In this document: positions 47,412 to 59,400 of the stretch, piece after piece
Position numbering within the stretch: the first letter of the stretch is position 1
How the letters are laid out: the number at the start of each line of letters is the position of its first letter
Source: Paragordius varius
Lineage: Eukaryota; Animalia; Nematomorpha
Assembly (NCBI GenBank): GCA_964247055.1
Contig: OZ176050.1
Span: 13,330,001 to 13,394,000, forward strand
Reading direction: 5' to 3'
Length of the DNA: 64,000 nucleotides
The notes under the pieces: model-generated
Database searches by the model: none
What the model saw: the letters and a program-made list of their open reading frames with translations, nothing else
What the model was told of the DNA's origin: nothing
Translations under genes and position numbers: made by a program

Positions 47412-50400
47412 TTATTTATGAAATATATTATAGGGAACGTAACAAGCCGAGGGCGCTATTGAAGTTTCTAACATTCCTGGGATCGCCACCAATTGATTTG
47501 TCTGTATATCCAAACATTCAATTTCTTTAAGTTCGAGATTGCTGAGTGAGCTAACGCCTCCAATTACAAAAATTTTGGAATCTGAATTTTGGATAAATAT
47601 TTTGTAAATGGCATATAAATGGCATATGGGAGCTTTATGTGTGAACTATTATTTTTGGAAACAATAATAAAGCTTAGCTTATATTTATGGATACTACTAT
47701 AAAAATCTATATATTTATAAAAATGGAAAATGCTGGCTTTGGGATCTGATACCGGAAAACCGGTAGACCCATTCAAATCCAAATATCGAAAAAATATAAT
47801 CATTAATGAATGCCCCGACAATAGCTTCGTCTTTTTTTGAAATAGGCCCCCAGTTCGGGCCCACCCCGTATGAAAAACGGTTTTTTTTTGAAAACAGAAG
47901 TCCACAAAAATCGTGTCTTTGAGACAATTTTCCGGAGAACGTGTTGGACCATTCAATTTCAAATATGATTATTGTTTACTTATTTTCGATTGCGCCGAAC
48001 ATAGCCGAGCCACTTTTTTGATTTAGGCCCTCTTTTTACCCGCTCCCCCCGTAAAATGCCACCTTTTTCAAAAAACAAAGTCCACAAAAATAATTTTTTA
48101 AATCTATTTTTCGCCAAAGTAAACAATATATTAGTATGAATATACCGTTTTGGAATTCCTATGATATCATAGCTATTAAATAATGTTCCAAAATAATTCA
48201 CATATATTGTCCCTTTTTTTCAAATAGGGATGCGTAGCAGCACGAGATTTACGCTAGTACTTTATAAAATATTACACGTTGTTTGAATAAATACTTATTA
48301 TTTAACACTTTGATTCAAATTGGGACATCTTAATACCCCAGAATAAATTTAATTTAATTATAAAAATTACTGAAAATGATCCCCATTTAAATTCATGCTT
48401 CTGTCATAAAAATTATATAAATAAACCAAATTTTCTAAATAAAATTTTGTTTTGAAAAAATGTACCATGTCAAACTACTTCGACGCCATTTTTATTTTAC
48501 AAAATTTTTGCAAAATATTGTGTTATATATGATTTAAAATAAAATCAAAGATTATTAAATTGCATCTAACATTGATAGAAATAGAAAAAGTGGTTTATTT
48601 TGTATTATTTTTCAATTTAACCAATGCACACATGTTACGTTGATTAAATTTTTATCTTTAGGTTTACCTTAAAATAATTATTATCAAGTTTTTGAATAAA
48701 TTTTTTTATAGGTTTATTAATGTTATATCAAAATTTGTCATGATTTCAGTTCCTTCTATATTTTTAAAGTATTTAATTTTAAACAGGCCTGAAGTATCCA
48801 ACAACCCCGATTTAAATCGAAGGACTAAAATGAATGTTTTGAAGTGTTAAAATGGGACATATATTATTAAATTGCCCCTAACAAAAAAAGGACAAATAGT
48901 AATGAATAAAAATAAGCTGTCGTACGAAGCTATTATACCTTTTTTGACCAATGTACATTTTAGTTTAGATAAAAGATCTGATCTGATATAAGTTTGAAAA
49001 AATAAACCATAAGTTATCATTCCAAAGCGGTGTCTTGGAATTTTTAAGCTATTAACATAGCTCCATGTATCCGTATCCTCATTGTAAACATCTATGGCTG
49101 GCATGCTCGTAATATTATAGGTATTCTGAGCTGACCCTAAAAATAAAAATAAAATAATTAATTGATTTTTGTTTGAAAGCTTTACACACCATGCTTTTAA
49201 TGCATTTTACTTTTGAAAATATTTATATTTCTCATTGACACGTGTAATTAAATAATATGTTAAACAAATGTTACCATCACTGTTATTAGTAAAAAGGGTC
49301 GCACCACCGCAAATATATAATTTGCCCAAAGCCACTCCGCTCGAAGCATGACATCTGGGAAAGCGTAAATGCTTGCGTTTACACCACCTATTTAATGCAA
49401 CAAAATGTGTATAAATAACGTTATCGAACTATTTTATATCCTGTTTATTCATTAATGAGAAAAAAGTTATAATATTATTTCAACATCTTTTTGCTTTTAG
49501 ATATAGCGTATAGGAAAGAATTGACATAAACTCTTAATTCACTTGCTTGCTTACCAGATGTAGTCACAGATGTTTCTTAGAAGACACCTAATTTTGAAGA
49601 GAAATCATTTATTTTTAAAATATTGTCCATCGCCTTCCACACATTTTGCCCATTTCACACGTAATATATGGAATGCCGTTCAGAAAAACTGATTTTTTTT
49701 GCAGCAAACCATTCGTCAAGCCATTTTTAACGTCTTTTGATAAGTATTCATCTAGTGTGTGCTTATTGGGAAGGCGTAAGTCAGATGGCGTCAGGTTAGG
49801 AGACTACAGCGTATGCTATAGAATTTTCTATTTAAGCGATTATAAGGTGTCATTAAATTAGTATGAGACAGATCAAGTCATGCAGCAAAATTATTTTGCC
49901 ATGTCTTCTCCATTTTGGTCGTTTTTCGATCAACGCATTGTGTAACTAAATCATTTGTTGGTGGAATTGTATATTAACTGTTTCACCGGGCTTCAAAAGT
50001 TCATAATACACATAAATGCTCTGGTCTCACCAGATACAGACGATTTGGATTTGGTGTTGTTGGATCGGCTTGACAAACAGAAACACCCCTTTGGATTTAC
50101 GAAATAAAGCCATTTCCGATAAATCGCCATAAAATGATGCAACAATGATTTTTGAGAGTTACTTTGGGATTTGGAACGTTTATTAAAATTGTTTTGGACA
50201 CATTTACCAAGTTTATTGATCTTTGTCATTGCACGTACCCGTCTACTGGTTGTTTTTTGCAATATATCTAATAGTTCTGCCAATGGCCGTTAAACAGTTA
50301 GGTTATCATCCTTTAACTCTTGTCGCAGTTGTGTTGTCCAGAGAGATGACACTCTTTCACATTAAAATTGCAACTTAACCATAATATGTTTTAATCAATG

Positions 50401-52830
50401 ATGTATACACCATATGTTTCTACCAGCAAACGATGACTTTCAACATCTCATTTCTTCTTATTTAAAAAGGCAATGCAATGTTCTTCAAGCACAAACGACA
50501 AGTTTACTGATAAAAAAACGCTAGTTTTTTGCGGACTCAACGTGTGTGTATTTGTCGTTTGAATGTGAGTGAACAATATGGCGTCAGTTTCAAATCGATT
50601 ATATGCCTACTTTACATGACTTTTTTTCTAAGTTAATCCAGTTATGACTTATGACTACACCTGGTAAAGTGCATATTATATATTTATTTAAATTTTTGAT
50701 GGTAATATAGACTTAATTTTTAACCCTGATATATTGGTGTTGTTTATAACGTTAAAGCTTTCAACCGTATCCACAATAGGATATTTGGAATTATGTTCAA
50801 AACCACCCATAACCCAAATACTCTCATTATATAGGCAAGCAGTTGCAGCTAATCTTGCAGAACTTAAGGAAGACATACGGCTGTACGCATCTATTTTTGT
50901 ATCTAATCTTGTCACTGTACTCAAATGACTATTTGAAATATATAAATAAATATATGTGTATCTGAAACATTTCAAATAAAAACAAATGGATTTAGTCTTA
51001 ACTTGTGTCGCTATGATTTTCTTAACTTTGTAAGCAAATGGCAAAAAAGTAAGGAAATATTTAGTTCAATATGGCAATGTATAACAACCCTTAATTCTTG
51101 TTCAGAAAAATAAAATTGATAAATGATTAGATTTTAAGCCTAAAGGAAATTTAGTCGTAACCATAAAATTTAAACCCTACCAAAGGCTAAATGGATTTAC
51201 ATCATTGATCAATGTATAATGGAATACTTGCTGTAAAAATATCCTGAAAATCATAGAAATTTTTTTTTACACACATTAAGAAGAATTAGTTACACAATTA
51301 TTTAAATCTATCAAAGGGAATATATGAAAATTACGAAGCTAAACCAAATTATAAATAATTTAATACTCTAGGTTTCAATAAATACTTTCCGTCAGCGTCT
51401 TGTCCGCCTAGAATGTATATATCGCTTCCAGAAACGGCCAATGAGTGATAAATACAAGCAATTGGCATATCTTTACCAATAATCCAACGCCCATCCTTTG
51501 TATACTTATAAATTTTGCATGTTGGGATCGGTTTATATTTCCCAGGTTTCAATTTGACTTCGCTATATTCAAATCCACCTATATTATAATACATATGGTA
51601 CTCATATATAAACAGACATTGCAAAATAAATGGTTGGTAATCGATACTAATGCAGTTCACTATCGGTAGAAAATATATTTTTTTCAAATATACCAGGTGT
51701 AGTATATGCCTTTACCGGTTTTTTTTAAAAAATACCAATTTTAATGGGAACTTTATTATTTTATTTCAAAATATTGTCCCTCGGCTTCTAAACATTTTGC
51801 TTATCTCTCAAGTAAATGCATGCCATGCCAGAAGAACTACGATTTGCGGCATCATCTAGCCATTTCCAACCTTTTTTAAATTATTGACGTGCTACTCTGA
51901 GAGCAGTTGTTCCATTCATGCCAGAGGTACAACTAACACCAGGTCAGGAGAGTAGGGCGGATGCGGAAGAATTTCCCATCGAACTGATTTTAAGGTCTCT
52001 TTCCCTGGTTTGTTATATGAGACGGTGATTATCATGTAGCAAAATCATTTTTCCATATCTCCTGGACTATTCAGATAGTTTATTATTCCATGTTCTAAAA
52101 ATTATTTGTGGATGATAGCGTAATAGAGCGGTTTCACGGGGCTTCTAATTACACAAAACTGCTTTAGCACATAGGGCAGCCTTAGATAAACCGGATTGGA
52201 ACATTAAAAGCCACGATTTTGGATTTAAAAAAACATTTATCCTCCCCGGTAAAGATTCGATACAAAATCTCTGGTGACTTAGAAACAGGTTTCACAATTC
52301 ACTTTTCGATTTAACCACGAATTGCGTACAATCCATTTACCAAGTTTATTTGTCTTTCCTTTTCGCAGACGTCTACTGATTGTTTAGTTTTAGCGACATC
52401 AAATACATCTGCCAATAGCCGTAAATTTGTGTTGAGTGATCATTCAATAATTATTGCACTTTATCGTCCACGCATTTTTGTGGCAGAGCGCATCTTTCAC
52501 ATTGATATTACAACTTTTAAACATTGAAACTATGTTTCACACGTTTTAATCATTGAGCATATTCACCAGTGTTTCTACTTAAAAATGATTTACAGTATGG
52601 AATAAGAAATGTGTGTATTAGATGTTTTCCATACATTGACATGATTACTGAATGATAAAAATAAGAAGCTAGTCTTTAGGCGAGCTCAACTTGTTTGTTT
52701 GTAGTTTAATGACCTATGAACAAAATGGGGTGTCTAGATCCGCGTACTTTTCGCTAATGTCTTCTCTTAGTTAAACCGGTAATGATTTATGATTAACCTG
52801 GTATTTATATATAACTTTTACTGGTATTTA

Positions 52831-52871
<41 letters not shown>

Positions 52872-55350
52872 TTTAACAAAATACTAATACAATTCATATT
52901 GCGAAAAAATATTGCCTATAACGTAAAGGGATTCTCCGGCAAACGCAATTTGATGCATGCTACTGCTTCAATTTTCGACCATTTCATATGTCTAAGGTCC
53001 AGGATTTGTAGCAAAGAAGGATTCGATCTTCCTTTACATCCACTTAATGTTACACATATTGGATTATTCGCTATATTAACATCGGATGAAACAGATTTTA
53101 TACTAATATTGTTACTACTTTCCTGCATAAATGAATCTAAATATTGATCCAATTCATCAATAGATTCTAATTCTAATATTTTTGTAGATTTGATGGACAT
53201 TGGGAATTTGTCAAACTATTGGTGTTGAATTAAAAATCATATATTATAAATATATATATATATATATATATTAAACAGGTTAGATATGGTGCTTGGAAGT
53301 TAACTTTATGAAAAGTAAATATAATTCGTCTGTATCGAAAAATGGTAATATATTAAGATAAAAATGGAGGCATACATTATCTATGTTTTAACCTGAAATC
53401 TGACAGACTCCTTGTTAGCCAAATACTTCCTGGGGTCAATAATATGGTTTTTTTGCATGCCTTTTAAAACTTTGGGCGACAGATTTAATTTATGTAAGTT
53501 ACTGACTAATATCCTATTCATTATAAATATTCATTTAATATACTGTTAAATTGACATAAATTTATTAAGACATCCAAAATATATAGGAAATTCTATTAAA
53601 AAATTAGTTTCTGGTATATTTGTATCGGGATAGTGATAAATATATTTAAGAATTCCATGCCTTTATGATAGCATTTTACCGCAATATCTACTCAAAACTT
53701 ATATGAGCATTTGTGTAAAAATTCTGTTTCACCTTTTTTGAAATGAGATTACATATGAGCATAAACCATATTCTATCATAAAAGGTGCATTTTTTAAATA
53801 AAGTTATGAATTTTTGTTAATTATTATGAATTTAAAATCTTAGGAGCAGAACCGATTTTAAATGCCTTCATATTTTCAATATGAAAAGTAAAATATTTCA
53901 ACAACACGGTTCTTGGATCTTAATCGAATTTTAGCTCTTAACATTTGCCTTAATTAATGGAATATATATTTTGATCATTTTTACATGTGTTTCCACTTAA
54001 TTTATAATAAAGAAGCGCAAAAAGGAATTTATGTGGCTAGTATAAAAACGTGCCTCTATATATATATATATATATTTAACTAGTTTATAACACATTTATT
54101 ATAATTTTTTACAACAATGTTAGCTTTTAGAAACCCAAAAATAAAACAACATAGGAATGAGCTTCATATTTTTATAATAATTTTGAAATCGTTTAAATTA
54201 TGGACGAAATAGGTATTTTACTCTTGCCCATGCCATCACGATTTCTAGAAACATATTTAAGATCTCAAATATATAATCAATACAAATATTACCAATTGGC
54301 TGTAAGACGCATATTTTCAGGGATTGGTAAATATTTTTGATTGCTTTCCTGAGAACAATATATTAAATCGTCTGTCTGCTGAAACTGCAATAATCTATTA
54401 TTAGCAGCCAATTCTTTGAAACCATCAGACAAATTTTTATCACTAACAGTTGTTTCACATATAATTCTACTTTCTCTCAGGATATGTTTCATTTTGCACC
54501 AAAACAATAGGATATCATATAGTTCTCGTTCATCCAAACATTCAATTTCATCGCTACAACTTAACGCCAAAACTAAATCATAATCCAATTTAATATATAC
54601 AGATGGATATCTTAAAATACACGATTTTAGTTTACGGACAAGAATGTCTTTAATTGAATGTTGAAGCTTTATAAATCCATGTGAAGTAGTTAATTTCCAA
54701 TATTCCATTAATATTGAATAAATGTAATTCTTTCGTAGCAAATTATTATCTTTGTTAAAATCTGAAAACAGTTGTTTTATAAATTTCTCGGAATTTAGAT
54801 GTTCACTTAAAGGATCCAATAATGTTTTCAATTCAAATGTGATGGCAGTATCAAATAATTTTGGTATTGAAATAAGCTCTATTAAATTTAAATCAATACC
54901 CTTCCCGGTATTTATATGGTAAAAGATGAGTCTCATAATTTGTGGGTCTATCATTAAATGTGTAAAATCTAATTCTTTTACCATTATTGGCGACAAATTT
55001 TTCGATACAAGCAGCCATTCGAAGAACGGACTACTCCGTATTAAGCATTCTTTCTTTACTTCAAATTGACATTGATAAGATTTCACGATTACGATTTCTT
55101 TGGATGATGTTGGAGAAGACTTTTGAAAAGCGTCCATTTTTTCTAAATCTCCAAACGGGGATATTAGGACTTCTGGAGTTTTCGATATTTGGGATTCGTT
55201 TACATCCCTATCTGGGTTTATTAATTCTACATTTTCCTTTAAGATACCGGGGCTGAAAGATCTTAATTCTGTGTATCGTCTCTGCAAATTCCTTAGTATC
55301 AATCTTAGCTCCTCGTCATCATTATCGCTGTTCGATTCATTTATACTCAT
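47412..55350 (-). CDS. BTB-BACK-Kelch (kelch-like) protein, 8 exons, with one unresolved frame break
   Basis: Exons 55350-54293 (BTB/BACK: LIRSSPFFEWLL, IECLDERELYDILLFW), 53513-53393, 53215-52916, 51578-51386, 50928-50725 (donor uncertain), 49387-49275, 49136-49008 and 47581-47412. Kelch motifs LYVIGG, IYILGG, IWVMGG, LYICGG and IFVIGG. Confidence 0.8.
47706..48257 (+). mobile_element. Non-autonomous Helitron-like element, second copy
   Basis: A|TCTATATATTTATAAAAATGG start shares about 400 bp with the copy at 42869. Ends GCGTAGCAGCACGAGATTTACGCTAG|T. Confidence 0.7.
48302..48850. mobile_element. piggyBac-like (TTAA) MITE
   Basis: TTAACACTT ... AAGTGTTAA termini. Body shared with the copies at 6193 and 36036. 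Confidence 0.7.
49554..50664 (-). mobile_element. Degenerate mariner element 1
   Basis: TA|CCAGATGTAGTCA ... TGACTACACCTGG|TA (Mos1-like CCAGGTGTA end). Minus-strand relics SPNLTPSD (about YSPDLAPSD), KWLDEWFAAKK and WQKCVEGDGQYF-like. Confidence 0.8.
51693..52801 (-). mobile_element. Degenerate mariner element 2
   Basis: TA|CCAGGTGTAGT ... TGATTAACCTGG|TA. Minus-strand relics of the mariner C-terminus (KWLDD, EAEGQYF-like). Confidence 0.75.
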
Positions 55351-56435
55351 AATAAATAATGCAAATTAAACAGTCATTTATGCACAAGTAAAAATGATAG
55401 GAATTTAACTGATTGTTTAAATACTTTAAGTATCAAAATTTTCACATTACGTTGGGTAATATTATCATCATAAAAACATTTTTGATCGTAAGTCAATATT
55501 CATAGCATTGAATCGATTTTTAGAATAAGTTAATCGTATTAAGACCGTTTTTGATTTTTTTCATTAATTAATGTATAAGTTAAAAAATTGATTAAAATAT
55601 GTTTTATCTTATGACTTCAATACCTTTTAAGAGTTTCAGCTACACAGAGCTACTATAATATTAGTATCGAGATAATTATCATACCAAATTTAATAATTTT
55701 AAATGCATTGTTCAAAAAATTCCCCAAATACATTTTAAACAAACAGCTGATTTTAACCATATTTACGAATTTCATCGCAACAACATGTGAGCAAAAGCAC
55801 TTTATATTTAACCTTAATATCTTCTTTTAATTTGTTATGTTTTAGGCAATTCAATATCAAAAGATATAATTATTGTGCTAAAAGAGCGGAGAATTTATTT
55901 CACAATTTATCATTGTAAAAATAGTAAATTAGCCTCTAGGACCGGTAACCTCGCCACAAATGGCTTTGCGTGCAGCATTTTCGTCTGATAAAATCCAGTG
56001 GACCGCATCTGAAATAATGAATGGGTAAATATTATACTGGATTTCAAGCATAAGTCTAAATTTACCAGTTCACCAATTTTGGCTTACTGCCAAAAATTAA
56101 AAAGTTGGATTATTCCGATTCGTCTAAGCATTTTCAATTTAAGTGAGAATTTGTTGAATATGGAAGATTTTCTGCTAGATATAAATACATAATATATATA
56201 TATATATATATATATTTCAAAAACAAAATAGCAAATTTATTTTAATTATCTCCAAATAGTACTAAGTAAATATAATTTAAATTTTATAAATTATGTGTAC
56301 TTACAATTTTAAAATTTATATTTAATGTGTTAGTTAATAAGTTAAATTTGATTGTTATAAGATTATTCAGCCTTATTATATAACAACAATCGCAAATTTA
56401 TATACGATATTCTAAAAATTCACAAAAATAAAAAA

Positions 56436-59400
56436 ATGTTTATTAACTCTTCCACTTTGTTTAACAAATCATCCATTCATAAATTTAAGGCAAAACCACC
56501 TATTGAAAACTACTTTCCACTAATTCCTAATAAGTACACGAAATCATTGAAGTTGAAGGATTATACAAATATAGCAACTCAAATATTTAAGGAGGCGACC
56601 CTTAAAGCTAACAGTCATTTGAAAAGACAATCTGTGAAACCATTAGAGTTGAAGGATTACACAAATATTATAGCAAGTCAGATCTTAAAGGACGCTAAAC
56701 TTAAAGCTGATGATCATATGAAAAGTCAGTTACCGAAACCACTAAAGCTGATGGATTATACAAATATCATAGCAACTCAAATATTGAATGAGGCGGCCCT
56801 TAAAGCTGATAATCATTTGAAAAGACAATCTGGTAAACCATTAGAGTTGAAGGATTATATAAATATTATAGCGACTCAAATATTGATGAAGGCTAAACTT
56901 AAAGCTGATAGTAATTTGAAAGGTCAAGCTGCAAAACTACCATTGAAGTTGAATGATTATACAAATATCATAGCAACTCAAATATTGACGGAGGCCAAAT
57001 TTAAAGCTGAAAGTAATTTGAAAAGTCAATCTGCGAAATCAGCATTGAAGTTGAATTATACAAATATCGCAACTCAAATACTAAAAGAGGCCAAACGTAA
57101 GACTGTTAGTTTGACATGCCAATCTGCGAAACCACTAAAGCTAAAGGATTATTTAAATATCATAGCAACCCAAATATTAAAGGATGCCAAACTTAAAGCT
57201 CATAGTCATTTCAAAAGTCGATCCGGCAGAGGTCCAGTGATTGCAAAACCATTGAGGCTGAAGCATTATATAAACATAATCGCAAATCAAATATTAAAAG
57301 AGGCAATGGCTTCTGCCCATATACAAAAGCAAAATAATTTTGATAAAAGTTTGAATATATCTAAATCGAATAATACTTCCGATGATAATTGTGATAGCAC
57401 AATTCTCCTCAACCCCAAATTAAAGCCAAAAAAGAAAGTTAGATGGATAGATGAAATAAAACTCAATGAGAGTCAATTGGAAAACTTGAATGCTTTTCCT
57501 TCATCCCCTTCTCTTTATCAATCTCTCCATAGCAAAGTGCTTTCAAACACACAAAAACAGTATAAAACTCTGAATGGATGTATATTGGAACAAAAATATG
57601 ATGAGTTAAAGGCGGAAATCCTGCAGATATCTGGTAAAATTTAATATTGTTAATTAAAATAAGATTATTATATGCTTAAGTAAAATTTAATTAAATAGTT
57701 ATACTTTATTTATAGAATGTTAATAAATATGCGCACTATTTCACGTAGCATTATTAAGTCAATAAATTAACAGTTTTGAACCGAAACCATTGGTATGTTT
57801 AATAACTTAATTGTTTTTGTTAACTTAACTCAATTGATCTTATATTAGTTACCTTATGAAAATATAATATTATCCTTCTCTCTTACCTTTGTGCATAATA
57901 CTTAAGGTGATCAGATTTTTTGAAGGAAAAAGCGGGACAAATCTGAGGGGGGGGGGTCATTGGTGGGTACAACCAAAAATTTTTATACAAAAAATTTATT
58001 GTAATATTTATTTATTTTTAACACAAATACATTATAACTCTAAAAAAATTTGTACCTTACAGGTTGTTTGTACCTTATTCAATAAATTTACATGTGCACG
58101 AACAAAGGGTGAAATAATATTTTAGAATAAAGACGGAATCATCACAAAGTGCGCTGGGTGATGCAAGATGCGGCGCAAAAAATATTTTTAACAATTTAGC
58201 GAATAATTTTAATCAAAACATTATTGGCAGATACACAACGCTATTCAAACAGCTACTGATTTGTTACCCCTGGATGTGGAAAATATAGATGTTAAAATGC
58301 TTGGATATTGCAGAACTGTTGGTTAACTCTTTTGCCAGCAATTGAAATATTTATAAAAATGTGATCTCCTAGAATCCTAATTTTTATCACAGGACAAAAG
58401 TCAAAATTCCTAATCAAAAAAGGTTAGAAAATAATTTTATACCATTACTTAATCGCAATATCATAAAGCATCCAGAAAAACAAGGCTCATTGAATAGCCA
58501 GAATATAAAAATGTTTTATACAAACAGAAACGATTATTTGGAAGACAAAACGGTGCACAATGACACTTTTTAATGAAGTCTCATTATTATATAAATAAAT
58601 TGAATGAAAGCTTAAATTATAAACAACAGAAAAAAATACGTAGGATAGGTTAAAATAATCATTTTTAAAAAAATTATGTTCCATACAATAATATTTTAAT
58701 TGTAGAATTTGCATTATCTTTACCTGAACCACTGCTATTGAACGCGTTTTTCCACAGTAAATTAAGTAAGGACAAGGAATCAAATTTAAATGTTGAATAA
58801 ATGCCATTTTAATTTGACAAATTATGACTTATACAATATTTTAAGTAATTTTGTTTATATTTTAACATAAAAACTTTAAAGAAAATATTTTATTCTTTGG
58901 TATATTTTTGGTTTAAGTGAATGCGTTTTAGCAGATTATCATCATTTTTTAAAATATTGTAGAAGTCTTCACAAGAATTTGTCAAATTATATTTGACAGA
59001 TAAAACGGCCTTCAAAGTTTCAACATTTACATTTGATTTTTCCGATGTCCACACCTGATTTACTTTGGAAAAAACGCGCTCAGTAGCAGGGTTGGTTCTA
59101 GGTAAAGATAGTGCGAATTCCACAATTTTTAAAATATTATTGTATGTAATATTGTTGGCTTCAAAATGATGAAATATTTCCAACCATTTCTTTTCTACTG
59201 TATATTTTTCTTTTGTCCATAATTTAAGTTTTTCATTATTAATATATCTTTTAACTAAAGATACTTCAGAAAAAAGATCATTTTCTGAAAGATCAATTTT
59301 TAAGAATTTTTGGGACCAGATATAATCAAATGATTTTTGAACATCGCACCAATTAAATTCTGATTTTAATGTTATCCAATGAAAATGATAAAGTTCATTG

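Noticed and set aside
42751-48201. ORFs 42751-42945, 47564-47962, 47715-47927 and 47980-48201 sharing MDLNGSTGFP...
   Set aside because: The similarity comes from the shared Helitron-like 5' arm read antisense. No Rep/helicase or other protein motif.
52899-55256. Plus-strand ORFs 52899-53147 and 54987-55256
   Set aside because: Antisense to BTB-Kelch exons.
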